From: Calditrichales bacterium | Lineage (GTDB): Bacteria > Calditrichota > Calditrichia > Calditrichales > J004 | Reading direction: 5' to 3' | NCBI GenBank assembly: GCA_965267575.1 | Contig: OZ254086.1 | Span: forward strand, 4,224,001 to 4,288,000 | Length of the DNA: 64,000 nt | Part shown: one piece after another, positions 49,377-59,303 of the stretch | Layout: every line of letters begins with the position of its first letter | Numbering within the stretch: the stretch's first letter is position 1 | Notes under the pieces: generated by a model | Databases searched by the model: none | Told to the model about the DNA's origin: nothing | What the model saw: only the letters and a program-made list of their open reading frames with translations | Program-made: the position numbers and the translations under genes

Positions 49377-50492
49377 CTAGACATCTTCATAGAATGTATC
49401 GGGATCTTGCGGATTAAAAAATTCATTAATCCAGAACAGCATAACCAGTTCATCTTCTCCGGTATTGGTTAAATTATGCGTGTACCAAATAGGCATATCC
49501 ACAAAGGCGGGTTGTTCACCGTTTAAATCGAAAGATAAAACTTCCGATGTGCCGGTCTTTCTCATTTCAATACGCGCCCGGCCTTTAAGAACCGCAAAAC
49601 GTTCTATTTTCCTGGTATGAAAATGATTGCCACGTGTTACGCCCGGCTTTGTTGTGGAAAATGAGACCTGACCGCATCCAAGAGCCTTTACTGTTTCGAC
49701 AAATACACCGCGGTCATCACTATGCTTTGTTAAATTAAATGGAAAAAAGCTCTTATGATCTATATAGCTTCTGAATGTATTAAAAAGGTTTAAATCAAAG
49801 GCTGAATTCGTTTCCGGAAAAACAGCCTGCTCCATATACGACTCTTTAAACCCATTTAGCTTTTGCAGCAGGCCCGATACGGTAATTTCGGAGGTATGTG
49901 ATACGGTGTGTATATCGGCGGCTCTTTTATCTTTGATAAGATTATGAATAATTTCCACAAGTTCACCAACGTATATAAGCCTCAATGTGCCATCGTTATC
50001 AATCACTGGCTGCTCATTGTGGGTAAGCTGATATGAAAATGTGGCCACAACAGAATTATAAAAAGGAGCACCAAAAGGTCCGAAAACGTTTGGAATGACC
50101 ATGCCGGAAAAGCGGGCATTATTTTTCTCAGCCCACCGGGCGAATAACTCCCTGCCTGCTCTTTTAGATCGCCCGTATGGATTATCTCTTTCTTCCTGTA
50201 TGGAAGAGGAAAATATTATGTGCGGTAGCGCTTTTTCAGCCTCCATGGCATCGATCAGCTTTTTAACCAGGGAAATATTTGTATGATACAGCTCATCAGG
50301 GTCGTTATGTCGATTCAATGCCGCGAGATGAACAATCGCGTCACATGATTTTACAAATCCTGAAAGATGCTTTGTGTTATCAAAATACGATCTTTTAAAA
50401 GGGACGATTTCTATGTTGTCTTTTAGTTTTAAATAATTTACGAGGTGCGTACCAATAAATCCGGAGCTTCCGGTTACGCCTACTTTAATCAT
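49377..50492 (-). CDS. fnlB: FnlB/WbjC/CapF reductase with C-terminal cupin
   Basis: TGSSGFIG, HLAALNR, NPYGRSK, YNSVVATF and TRGNHFH motifs. Confidence 0.9.
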   Translation of the reverse strand: MIKVGVTGSSGFIGTHLVNYLKLKDNIEIVPFKRSYFDNTKHLSGFVKSCDAIVHLAALNRHNDPDELYHTNISLVKKLIDAMEAEKALPHIIFSSSIQEERDNPYGRSKRAGRELFARWAEKNNARFSGMVIPNVFGPFGAPFYNSVVATFSYQLTHNEQPVIDNDGTLRLIYVGELVEIIHNLIKDKRAADIHTVSHTSEITVSGLLQKLNGFKESYMEQAVFPETNSAFDLNLFNTFRSYIDHKSFFPFNLTKHSDDRGVFVETVKALGCGQVSFSTTKPGVTRGNHFHTRKIERFAVLKGRARIEMRKTGTSEVLSFDLNGEQPAFVDMPIWYTHNLTNTGEDELVMLFWINEFFNPQDPDTFYEDV

Positions 50493-50510
50493 TTATAATC
50501 AACCTGTTTT

Positions 50511-50975
50511 TTATTCGGGAAACTTTTGGAACCAGTCAAACCATTGGTCAGCGGGATAACGGTAAGTATCATCCGCGGATTGTTTTAATTGCAGATCGGA
50601 ATAGACGGCAAGAACAGAGCCTGTTTCTAAGGAACGCATACCGTTGGCATATCCGGGCGGGATAAATAGCACTTTCGGAGATTGCGCATTAAGGATTTCA
50701 AATTCGGCCTTTAGCTCCCGGGCAGGACTGTCAAAATCATCAATCTTAACCCAGGCAATTACAAAACGGCCCATTACAGGAAAAAAGAACTTTTTTTCTA
50801 TTCTATGCCCTTGCCAGGCTCTGAGGACCTGATCATCTTTATTTTCGACAAAGTAAAAGCGGCAAATACCCTCGAGATTAAAGTCATTGGCAAAAGATAT
50901 TCTGCCGCGCTCGTCGGAATGCGTACCGGCGGCAATAAGCTTTGGTTTCATTAACTTGTTTTCCGGTTTAATCAA
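50511..50975 (-). CDS. Cupin sugar epimerase/isomerase (WxcM/FdtA-like)
   Basis: DERG, RAWQGH and IPPGYANG motifs. Confidence 0.8.
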   Translation of the reverse strand: MIKPENKLMKPKLIAAGTHSDERGRISFANDFNLEGICRFYFVENKDDQVLRAWQGHRIEKKFFFPVMGRFVIAWVKIDDFDSPARELKAEFEILNAQSPKVLFIPPGYANGMRSLETGSVLAVYSDLQLKQSADDTYRYPADQWFDWFQKFPE

Positions 50976-50993
50976 AATACCTACAGTTACGCC

Positions 50994-52001
50994 TTATTTA
51001 ATTCCCAGGTCGTCCCGGATAAACTTTAGCTTTAGCAAAAGATCCTTTGTCTGCTCAAGGTTTAATCTTTCCGTGTTGTGTGAAGTGTACTCCTCCACTT
51101 TGGATATTTTATCTTCACCCTCTGAAAAATAAAGGCTGTAGTTTAAATCCCGTGTATCAGCCGGTATGCGATAATAACGCTCAAGGTCAACTGCTTTAAC
51201 CATCTCTTCCCTGTTGACCAGCGATTCATAAAGCTTTTCCCCGTGCCTTGTCCCTATTATCTTTATTTTATTTTTTGCGCCATAAAGCTCCAGCAGGGCT
51301 TTGGCCACGTCTTCAATCGTAGAAGCCGGCGCCTTTTGTACAAAGATATCACCCGGCTCACCATGATCATACGCGTAGAGCACTAGTTCCACCGCGTCTT
51401 CCAACGTCATCATGAAGCGGGTCATATTGGGATCGGTGATCGTTATCGGCTGGCCTGCTTTGATCTGTTCAACAAAAAGCGGGATAACCGAGCCACGTGA
51501 GGCCATCACGTTGCCATAGCGTGTGCCGCAGAGAATTGTTTTATGATTGGCCTCACGCGATTTAGCAATCATAACCTTTTCCATCAGCGCTTTTGACATA
51601 CCCATTGCGTTGATAGGATAGACAGCCTTATCAGTGCTGAGCACAATAAGCTTTTTCACGCCATGGCGCATGGCCCCGTCAATAACATTCTGCGCACCGA
51701 TGACGTTGGTTTTTAAAGCTTCCCAGGGAAAGAATTCAGCGGTAGGTACCTGCTTAAGAGCGGCAGCATGGAAAACATAATCCACACCCACCATCGCTGA
51801 TTCCACGCTGGCCTGATCGCGCACATCCCCAATGTAAAACTTTACTTTGGGATTATTGACCTTTTTGCGCAGGTCGTCCTGCTTCTTCTCATCACGGCTG
51901 AATATTCGGATTTCGCCGAAGTCAGACTTTGAATAACGTTCTAATACCGCCTGGCCGAACGAACCGGTTCCGCCGGTAATAAGGAGGTTTCTATTTTTCA
52001 A
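50994..52001 (-). CDS. fnlA: UDP-GlcNAc 4,6-dehydratase/5-epimerase FnlA/WbjB/CapE
   Basis: TGGTGSFG, SRDEKKQDD, AALKQVP, STDKAVYPINAMGMSK and GTRHGEKLYE motifs. Confidence 0.93.
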   Translation of the reverse strand: MKNRNLLITGGTGSFGQAVLERYSKSDFGEIRIFSRDEKKQDDLRKKVNNPKVKFYIGDVRDQASVESAMVGVDYVFHAAALKQVPTAEFFPWEALKTNVIGAQNVIDGAMRHGVKKLIVLSTDKAVYPINAMGMSKALMEKVMIAKSREANHKTILCGTRYGNVMASRGSVIPLFVEQIKAGQPITITDPNMTRFMMTLEDAVELVLYAYDHGEPGDIFVQKAPASTIEDVAKALLELYGAKNKIKIIGTRHGEKLYESLVNREEMVKAVDLERYYRIPADTRDLNYSLYFSEGEDKISKVEEYTSHNTERLNLEQTKDLLLKLKFIRDDLGIK

Positions 52002-53272
52002 AATAGCCTTCTTGGGTTAACCAATACATGCGTTTTACGTTTATTCTGTACAACTATATTTTTAAAATTTAGTAAACCTATGAAAAACAAAATTATAGTT
52101 ATATTATCAAATAAAAAAGGCTGCGAAAGGCCACCTACAAGCAAAGCGGCAAAAAAGAATTTTGTAAATGAAATATAGTATTGGTGATATGATATATAAG
52201 TTTTTATACCGCGATAAAGATATATATAAAATACTATTCCAAAAAATAATCCATATTTCGCTATCAAGCCAAAAGTAGCCGTCCCAGCATCATATTTTGA
52301 ATAAGGATCTTCAGCGGCAGATGCCGTAATTATACCCCGTCCAAATATGGGGCTTTGCTCAATTACCGCAATCGCTTTTCTTAATCTTATAATACGGCCT
52401 GTCGTATAGGTGCCTTCTAGCTGTACATTTGCTTGAGTTTTATAGTGCTGCTCTACTTTTTCTCCTAAAAATCCGGCTGTAAAATATAAATCATATGAAA
52501 TGAATAAAAAAACTATTAAGGTTAAAAGCTTAAATAATAAATGTACTTGCGATCTTACAATAAGAAAAAGTATGAGCATAAATAGCATTATATATCCAGC
52601 AGTCGAAAATGTTGTAATTAATGCAATCATCATTATCAAATTTTTTTTGTTTAAATGATTTTTAGAAATAATTGTATTTAATCCAATTCCCACTACAAGC
52701 CAATGCGCAAATGCGCCGGGCTCATGGAAAATTCCACTGTTTCTATATATTTCAAAAAAACCTATATCAATCTTATGTATTGCTACAGTATAAATGATTA
52801 TATTTCTAGCCCAAAGATCCCACGAGTAATGCTGATAAATATAATTTTTTAGCGTCTGTATGGCGCTGTCAAACGAGGGAATAGTAACCTGCAAAAACCA
52901 TAAAGCTAACGAATATAAAGTACTAATATATATAATTTTCAATATATAATTAAAAACTTTAATACCAACTATTTTATACAAGAAATAAGGGGTCAAAATG
53001 AAAAATGAAGTAAAGGTAAATACCGTTAATAATGAAAAGCCCCAAATATAGCCTTGAACAGAAATTAAAACTATTACTATAGATATTAATATAAAAAGCT
53101 TTTTGTCAAAAACGTGTCTCCTCTTAAAAAACACAAATGCTAAAAGAAAAAAAGGGACAACTAAGTTAATTTTAGTTTGAAAGAAAAAGGGACTAATAGT
53201 TGAAATAAAAACGATTAAGACTAGAAGAAAATCTATTTTATTAGTATTATTTTTTTTAGAAATTCTGTTCAT
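51998..53272 (-). CDS. Wzy-like polysaccharide polymerase / O-antigen ligase family
   Basis: About 10 TM segments, RNSGIFHEPG, TFST.G and PIFG.G motifs; very AT-rich. Confidence 0.75.
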   Translation of the reverse strand: MNRISKKNNTNKIDFLLVLIVFISTISPFFFQTKINLVVPFFLLAFVFFKRRHVFDKKLFILISIVIVLISVQGYIWGFSLLTVFTFTSFFILTPYFLYKIVGIKVFNYILKIIYISTLYSLALWFLQVTIPSFDSAIQTLKNYIYQHYSWDLWARNIIIYTVAIHKIDIGFFEIYRNSGIFHEPGAFAHWLVVGIGLNTIISKNHLNKKNLIMMIALITTFSTAGYIMLFMLILFLIVRSQVHLLFKLLTLIVFLFISYDLYFTAGFLGEKVEQHYKTQANVQLEGTYTTGRIIRLRKAIAVIEQSPIFGRGIITASAAEDPYSKYDAGTATFGLIAKYGLFFGIVFYIYLYRGIKTYISYHQYYISFTKFFFAALLVGGLSQPFLFDNITIILFFIGLLNFKNIVVQNKRKTHVLVNPRRLF

Positions 53273-54477
53273 TATTGCACTGGTGTAATTTTATTATAAA
53301 ATGATATTAATTGCTTAGCGAGTTTTGTATTATCGAAGTTCCTGTTGACTTTATTTTTAATATCTTGTTTGAAGCTTAAATATTTATTGTCCTTTAAAAG
53401 AAAGTATACTTTTTTTGCTAAATCTGGAATATTTTCTTTCTCTGCTAACAAAACAACATCTTCGTCTTTATTTAACTTAGGAATTGCGCCGACAGGATAA
53501 CTTACTACGGGCAAACCTAGAAAAAGGCTTTCTATAATTGTACCTGGCATCGTGTCATTATATGTTGGTAAAACACATATCTTTGCTTTTGCAGCTTCAA
53601 AGTGTACTTCATTTTGCGTAGATAAGACTCCTTTAAATACAATATTTTTAACTAAATCTAATTCGACTATCTTTTTTTTTAGAAACAAAACATAGTGCTT
53701 TTCGCCAGGTCCAATAATACATGCCTTTATTTTAGGTATATCTTTTTTTAATAAACTCAAAGCTTCTAGTAAATCTTCAATGCCTTTTTCTTTAACAATT
53801 CTGGCGAAAAAGACAATGTCATACACCTTTTTTGGTTGCTTAAATTCAAAGGTGTTTTTAATAGGATAAAATTGCTCATAAAAGTGCGCGTCCGGATTCA
53901 TTGATTGTATATATTTACGCATAAATTCAGCTCTAATACCAAAATGCTTAAATTGGCTATATATTAAATTTTCAATCTTTGATCTATATACTTCGTATTT
54001 TGTTTTTGCTCGCCGTTCAGTAATTAGTGTGAAAATGCCTTGTATATTTACTAGTACAGGATAATCCATTAAGTAAAGTATTGATTTTGAGTAATATGGG
54101 TTTTCTGCGCCATGAAGGTTGATAATATCAGGATTGATATTTCGTACTATTTTTTCAATCTTTTTTGAATAGCCTCTATATTTTGTCCAATAGTCATACT
54201 TAAAAAAATTAGGCCAGTTTTTATTCACATACGGTATGCCTGTTTTAATAAAGAAATAATTTATTCCATTATTAGAGTATGTGATGTCTCTAAAAAGGCT
54301 ATGATGTGGTGAAATCACATATAAATCTATATCTTTAAAATTCTCAAATTGTTCGATTAATAAAGTTATCCATGGCGCAAAATCGTTTCCTTTTTTAATT
54401 TTCAGTTGTTTTCTTATTTTAGCATTACTAAAGTGACAAATCCAAACAACCTTCAATTTATGCGTTCCAGATCCCAT
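53272..54477 (-). CDS. Glycosyltransferase family 4
   Basis: ARI..EKG.EDL and PG.IIES..LGLPVV...VG motifs. Confidence 0.88.
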   Translation of the reverse strand: MGSGTHKLKVVWICHFSNAKIRKQLKIKKGNDFAPWITLLIEQFENFKDIDLYVISPHHSLFRDITYSNNGINYFFIKTGIPYVNKNWPNFFKYDYWTKYRGYSKKIEKIVRNINPDIINLHGAENPYYSKSILYLMDYPVLVNIQGIFTLITERRAKTKYEVYRSKIENLIYSQFKHFGIRAEFMRKYIQSMNPDAHFYEQFYPIKNTFEFKQPKKVYDIVFFARIVKEKGIEDLLEALSLLKKDIPKIKACIIGPGEKHYVLFLKKKIVELDLVKNIVFKGVLSTQNEVHFEAAKAKICVLPTYNDTMPGTIIESLFLGLPVVSYPVGAIPKLNKDEDVVLLAEKENIPDLAKKVYFLLKDNKYLSFKQDIKNKVNRNFDNTKLAKQLISFYNKITPVQ

Positions 54478-55834
54478 ATGCCTTTTTATTAATAATTTTA
54501 TTTACTTGAATTGGTTCAAGAACAAGACTAATACTATTTATAATACATGTTGCAAACATAGCCCCTGAGGGGCTATTGGTAATTTTTATCAAATATATGG
54601 CAAGTGGAATAAAAGCTATCAATTTTACGCTTCCGACAATCATGCCTAATTTTAGTTTTCCAAAACCATTAATAAAATGGGAATAAGGCGACCCGAAGAC
54701 ATTAATAATTGAAAACAGGGCCATGCTTAATGAAATATCGCTCGTTACTTCCAAACGGGTTCCAAACCAAAATGCATAAACATAATCACTAACTAAATAC
54801 ATCATGATTATACCCACAAAGAATAACACTGACAAGTAATTAAGTTTTCTCAAGGTATTTCTTAACCATTTATAATCGTTTCTAACATATGCATCCGCAA
54901 CAGCTGACCAAATTGGTGACATAACTATTGCATAGACCATAAAAGTAGCAGAAAAATATTGTTTTGAGACGCTAAATGGAGCTACCTGTTCTGGTCCAAG
55001 CAATTGTGTTATAATAAAATTTGAAGAGGCAAATAAAACAATACCGGTGATTTGGAGAAAAAAAAACTTAATACCTAAATTCAAAATCATGTGGTTATAT
55101 TTAAAGTCTATATAATTTAGAGCGGGCCTTATTTCGCGGTATTTACTTTTAAATAATAAAATAGTCGCTCCAGATAAAACAAAAACTGGATTAACTGATA
55201 GAATTATACCTAAAACTAGCAGTGAACTGTTCACGGTTGTATTAACCAAAATAAATATAATTATTAGTCCAAGAAGTTGAGATATCGTATCAAAAGAGCT
55301 ATTAAATGCCGGCCGTTGATCTGCAAGCAATACCACTCCAATCGTTTTTAAAATAAATCGTAGACAAAACATAGTAAAAACGATTAAAGCCAGTAGCCCT
55401 AACTCCTGTGCACCGATAATATTCGTATTTAGGAGCCTACTCCAATCCAAAAAAGGATTAATGGCTATGAAAATGACGGCAAGTGAGACAAATATAATTG
55501 TTAGTAAAGCGTATGATGTACTTATTAATGTTTTTGCAAGCTTATAATCGTTTTTTGCAAAGGCGTTAACGAGGTGATTCCTGAGTCCATTACCAAGTCC
55601 AAAATCAAAAAAACTAATCCATGTAATAATCGAAACAAGCGTAAGCCAAATGCCATATCTTTCTTTATCCAAATAATCGAGTAAAAGCGGCACATATATG
55701 AAGCCGATAATTATTGATATGCCTTTTAGTCCAAACGCAGCAAAAATATTTTTTTTAGCTTTAACGCTTCTTTCATTGCCAGTATTAGGTTTTATTACAT
55801 TAGTTATATTTTTTAAAGATCTGAGAAGGCTCAC
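54458..55834 (-). CDS. wzx: Wzx-type polysaccharide flippase
   Basis: About 12 TM segments; YGIWLTL and DFGLGNGLRN motifs. Confidence 0.85.
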   Translation of the reverse strand: MSLLRSLKNITNVIKPNTGNERSVKAKKNIFAAFGLKGISIIIGFIYVPLLLDYLDKERYGIWLTLVSIITWISFFDFGLGNGLRNHLVNAFAKNDYKLAKTLISTSYALLTIIFVSLAVIFIAINPFLDWSRLLNTNIIGAQELGLLALIVFTMFCLRFILKTIGVVLLADQRPAFNSSFDTISQLLGLIIIFILVNTTVNSSLLVLGIILSVNPVFVLSGATILLFKSKYREIRPALNYIDFKYNHMILNLGIKFFFLQITGIVLFASSNFIITQLLGPEQVAPFSVSKQYFSATFMVYAIVMSPIWSAVADAYVRNDYKWLRNTLRKLNYLSVLFFVGIIMMYLVSDYVYAFWFGTRLEVTSDISLSMALFSIINVFGSPYSHFINGFGKLKLGMIVGSVKLIAFIPLAIYLIKITNSPSGAMFATCIINSISLVLEPIQVNKIINKKAYGIWNA

Positions 55835-55843
55835 GAATGCTCT

Positions 55844-56473
55844 TTAACTAATAAATTTTACTGGACATCCTGCAAATTTACCTTTGGCAGAAATGCTTTT
55901 TATAACTACTCCTCCTGCACCAACCATAATATCGTGAGAGATTGTAACGTTTTGAATAATGGAAGCATTGCTTCCAATCATGCAGTTCGTGCCAACTATT
56001 ACCCCACCACTTAATGTTGCGCCTGGCGCGATATGCGTATACTCCCCAATAACACAATCGTGCTCTATTGTAGCGTTCGTATTGATTATAGCGCATTCTC
56101 TTATTTGTGTGCCGCTGTTGATTACAACACCGTCAAATATTTGTACGCCATCATCTATTCTGACCTCTTCATTTACGATGGCATCCTTTGAAATTATGGG
56201 CGGAAATTTAAATCCAATTTTATCAACTTTTTCTTTTATGATCTGCCTTTTATCTTCAACAGTTATTTTACCTATACCCATCGCAGCATATTTAATACCA
56301 CCTGCAAAAAGCTCTTCTAACTCAGCGTCCGTGCCTAAATAAGGAACCCCTAAAATATCACCGGCACTTTTGACATCTGTATAACCTAATACTTTAAAAG
56401 CCTTATCTTTTTTAAGGACGCTTATTAATACTTTAGCATGTCCACCGCCACCAATAATTATGATTTCTTTCAT
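55844..56473 (-). CDS. NeuD/PglD family sugar acetyltransferase
   Basis: IGGGGHAKV, INT.A.IEHDC and hexapeptide repeats. Confidence 0.92.
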   Translation of the reverse strand: MKEIIIIGGGGHAKVLISVLKKDKAFKVLGYTDVKSAGDILGVPYLGTDAELEELFAGGIKYAAMGIGKITVEDKRQIIKEKVDKIGFKFPPIISKDAIVNEEVRIDDGVQIFDGVVINSGTQIRECAIINTNATIEHDCVIGEYTHIAPGATLSGGVIVGTNCMIGSNASIIQNVTISHDIMVGAGGVVIKSISAKGKFAGCPVKFIS

Positions 56474-57615
56474 TATTCTGGTCTGTAGCTACTGGGTATA
56501 TTTACGACTCTGTCTTCCAGCCATTCTGCGTTATCCAGGCTTTCAGCGTGTGCGTATTTGTACATATCAAGTTTATTCATTAAACGCCAAATAGGTCGTG
56601 TCATGACTTCATTGTCATTTGTATATTGAAGAAATGCATCGCGTTCTTCTCTATCTGGCAGTATTATAGCATTAAGCCAGTAATTTGCATGAGCGCCTGA
56701 AATCTCTTTAACAAAAGCAATGTCGCTATTGTTAAAAAACTCCTTGTATAGCCTGGTTGTTTCACGCTTATTAAATAATATCCGATCCAGGCATTCCATT
56801 TGCGCCACGCCAACAGCGGCATTTAAGTTTGTAAGTCGATAATTATACCCTATCTGGTCATGAACATATTCCCACCTGTGAGGGACCTTGGCAGTAGTCG
56901 TAAGATGTTTGGCTTGTTCAGCAAATTGTTCATTATCAGTAATAATCATGCCGCCACCACCGGTCGTTATTGTCTTATTACCGTTATAACTGAACACCCC
57001 TGCTAATCCAAAAGTGCCGGTATGTTTGTTATTATAAAATGAGCCCAGCGATTCAGCCGAATCTTCGATCACCGGAATGCTATAGTTACTTGCGATTTCA
57101 CATATTTCATCTATCCGGCAAGGCTGCCCAAAAGTATGCATAGGCATAATCGCGCCGATCTTTTTTCCGCTCTTTTTGTTTAATGTTTTTCCGTTTTTAC
57201 TTGTGGTTGAATGTTTTAAGAATTCATTAAGCTTTTCCGGCGACATACCTAACGTGTCTTTATCTACATCGATAAAAACAGGATTAGCAAAACAATGTGA
57301 GATAGCATTGGCAGTGGCAACAAAGGTTAAAGATTGAGTAACCACTTCATCATTCGCCTCTACACCTGCTACACGTAGCGCAACTTGTAGGGCTGCCGTT
57401 CCATTAACAACAGCAATAGCGTATTTAGAACCTGTATAGTTTGCTGTCTTTGTTTCGAACTCGTTTACATATTTTCCTACGTAAGAGACAAAAGTAGAAT
57501 CAATACATTCAGCGAGGTATTTTTTTTCATTGCCAGGAAAATATGGTACGTGCAAAGGGATAAAACCATTTTCGCCGTACAAACTTCTAATAAATTCGAC
57601 TATTAGTGCATGCAT
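56473..57615 (-). CDS. LegC-family (DegT/DnrJ) PLP aminotransferase
   Basis: IPLH.P, NGTAAL, EDSAESLGS and SYNGNKTITTGGGG motifs. Confidence 0.92.
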   Translation of the reverse strand: MHALIVEFIRSLYGENGFIPLHVPYFPGNEKKYLAECIDSTFVSYVGKYVNEFETKTANYTGSKYAIAVVNGTAALQVALRVAGVEANDEVVTQSLTFVATANAISHCFANPVFIDVDKDTLGMSPEKLNEFLKHSTTSKNGKTLNKKSGKKIGAIMPMHTFGQPCRIDEICEIASNYSIPVIEDSAESLGSFYNNKHTGTFGLAGVFSYNGNKTITTGGGGMIITDNEQFAEQAKHLTTTAKVPHRWEYVHDQIGYNYRLTNLNAAVGVAQMECLDRILFNKRETTRLYKEFFNNSDIAFVKEISGAHANYWLNAIILPDREERDAFLQYTNDNEVMTRPIWRLMNKLDMYKYAHAESLDNAEWLEDRVVNIPSSYRPE

Positions 57616-57622
57616 ATGAACT

Positions 57623-58597
57623 TCAACTATTACGATAATTTTGGGAATACGGGTCTGAAATAATTCCGTGCTTTAATATATCCAATATTTCCTTTAATCC
57701 GTTTGGTACCGTTTTAGTTATGCTAAAACCAAGTTCACTTTTAATCTTATCAAAATTCACCCTGTAGTCTCTTGGGTCTTCATCTTTATGTACAAACTTT
57801 ATATTTGCGTAGGGAACAATCTTATATATCTCATCCGCAATCATTTTCTTCTGGTAGTTCTCATCGGTACTACCAACATTAAAAACATTTCTTCTAACAT
57901 TCTCAGGCGGTGATTCAAGCACACGTACGCAGGATCCTGCTAAATCCTCAACGTGGCAATAAGGGCGCCAAAACTGTTCACCAAAGATTTCGAGCTCATT
58001 ATCCATAGCTACTTCTCTTATGAACTCATTTACTGTAAGGTCAAAACGCATTCTTGGTGACAGCCCATAAACCGTTGCAAATCGTAAAGCCGTAGGAACA
58101 AAAGATTCTCTTATTTCAGCTTGTTCAAGAAGATATTTTTCAAACATTACCTTCAATTCTGCATACAGCGATACGGGTCTTAAATCTGAATTCTCATTCA
58201 CAAAACCATTGCTTTCCATTTTACCATAATTGCTGCACGTGGACGCAAAAATAAATTGCTTAATATTCTGCCTGTTGGCCTCGTCAAACAATACTTTGGA
58301 TGCATCCCAGTTAATCTCCCTTGCCATTTCCGGGTGTTTTGCACATGCCGGATCACCTACAATAGCCGCAAGATGAACGACATCTGTTATTTGTTCAAGT
58401 GAATTCTTTAATACATCCTTATCGCGTATATCACCTTTAATAAATTCAAAGTTTTTATGATTATATATACTAATCAGCGATTCTCCACCGAAGAACAAGG
58501 CATCCAAACCACGCACAAAATAGCCTTTTTCGAGAAGTTGTCTAACTAAGACGCTGCCGATGTAGCCGGCAGCACCTGTAACCAATACTTTTCTCAA
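57623..58597 (-). CDS. NAD-dependent epimerase/dehydratase
   Basis: TGAAGYIGS, HLAAIVGDPAC, YAELK and RMRFDL motifs. Confidence 0.92.
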   Translation of the reverse strand: MRKVLVTGAAGYIGSVLVRQLLEKGYFVRGLDALFFGGESLISIYNHKNFEFIKGDIRDKDVLKNSLEQITDVVHLAAIVGDPACAKHPEMAREINWDASKVLFDEANRQNIKQFIFASTCSNYGKMESNGFVNENSDLRPVSLYAELKVMFEKYLLEQAEIRESFVPTALRFATVYGLSPRMRFDLTVNEFIREVAMDNELEIFGEQFWRPYCHVEDLAGSCVRVLESPPENVRRNVFNVGSTDENYQKKMIADEIYKIVPYANIKFVHKDEDPRDYRVNFDKIKSELGFSITKTVPNGLKEILDILKHGIISDPYSQNYRNS

Positions 58598-59301
58598 GCT
58601 TGTCTCCCGCTTTTAAATTGTTTATGGTATTCTTCCTGGGCTTTTTCATAATCATCGACTTGCCCGATATCAAGCCAATATTCCTTAATCTCATATTTGG
58701 TTATGGGCATATTATCACCGAGCATTTTATGCAATAAATCGTCCATTCCAAAGTATGTACCTTCAGGGATAATTGAGAATATTTCAGGTTTAAAAATATA
58801 TATTCCTGCCAGGATTTTGTGTTTTATATTTGGCTTTTCTTCAATCCCAGTAACATAATCGCCATCATAAAAGACATTACCAAAGGCAAAAGGCATAAGG
58901 TACTCTTTTATACCAATTGTTAAGAGTGTCTCTTTTCGCAGAGCAAACTCATACATTTTTCTAAATGGCAGTAATGTAAGAATGTCTCCGTTCATCATTA
59001 AAAAAGGTTCTTTGAGTTCTTCCTTTAATAAAGTTAAAGGCCCGACTGTACCGAGTGCTTTTTCTTCTTTGCTTATTTTAAGTTTTACGCCGTACCTTTC
59101 GCCATCACCAAAAAAGTTTTCTATATATTGTGACTTGTAATTAGTAGCAAGGAAGATTTCATCAAAACCATTTGCTCTTAAATGTTCAATTTGTATTTCC
59201 AGAACCGATTTTTCCCCAATCGGCAATAGTGGTTTGGGAATTATTTCGGTAAACGGTTTTAAACGAGTACCAAGTCCACCCGCTAAAATAACTGCTTTCA
59301 T
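58594..59301 (-). CDS. Sugar-phosphate nucleotidyltransferase
   Basis: ILAGGLGTRL, PKPL, NGD, EKP and WLDIG motifs. Confidence 0.93.
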   Translation of the reverse strand: MKAVILAGGLGTRLKPFTEIIPKPLLPIGEKSVLEIQIEHLRANGFDEIFLATNYKSQYIENFFGDGERYGVKLKISKEEKALGTVGPLTLLKEELKEPFLMMNGDILTLLPFRKMYEFALRKETLLTIGIKEYLMPFAFGNVFYDGDYVTGIEEKPNIKHKILAGIYIFKPEIFSIIPEGTYFGMDDLLHKMLGDNMPITKYEIKEYWLDIGQVDDYEKAQEEYHKQFKSGRQA

Positions 59302-59303
59302 TA

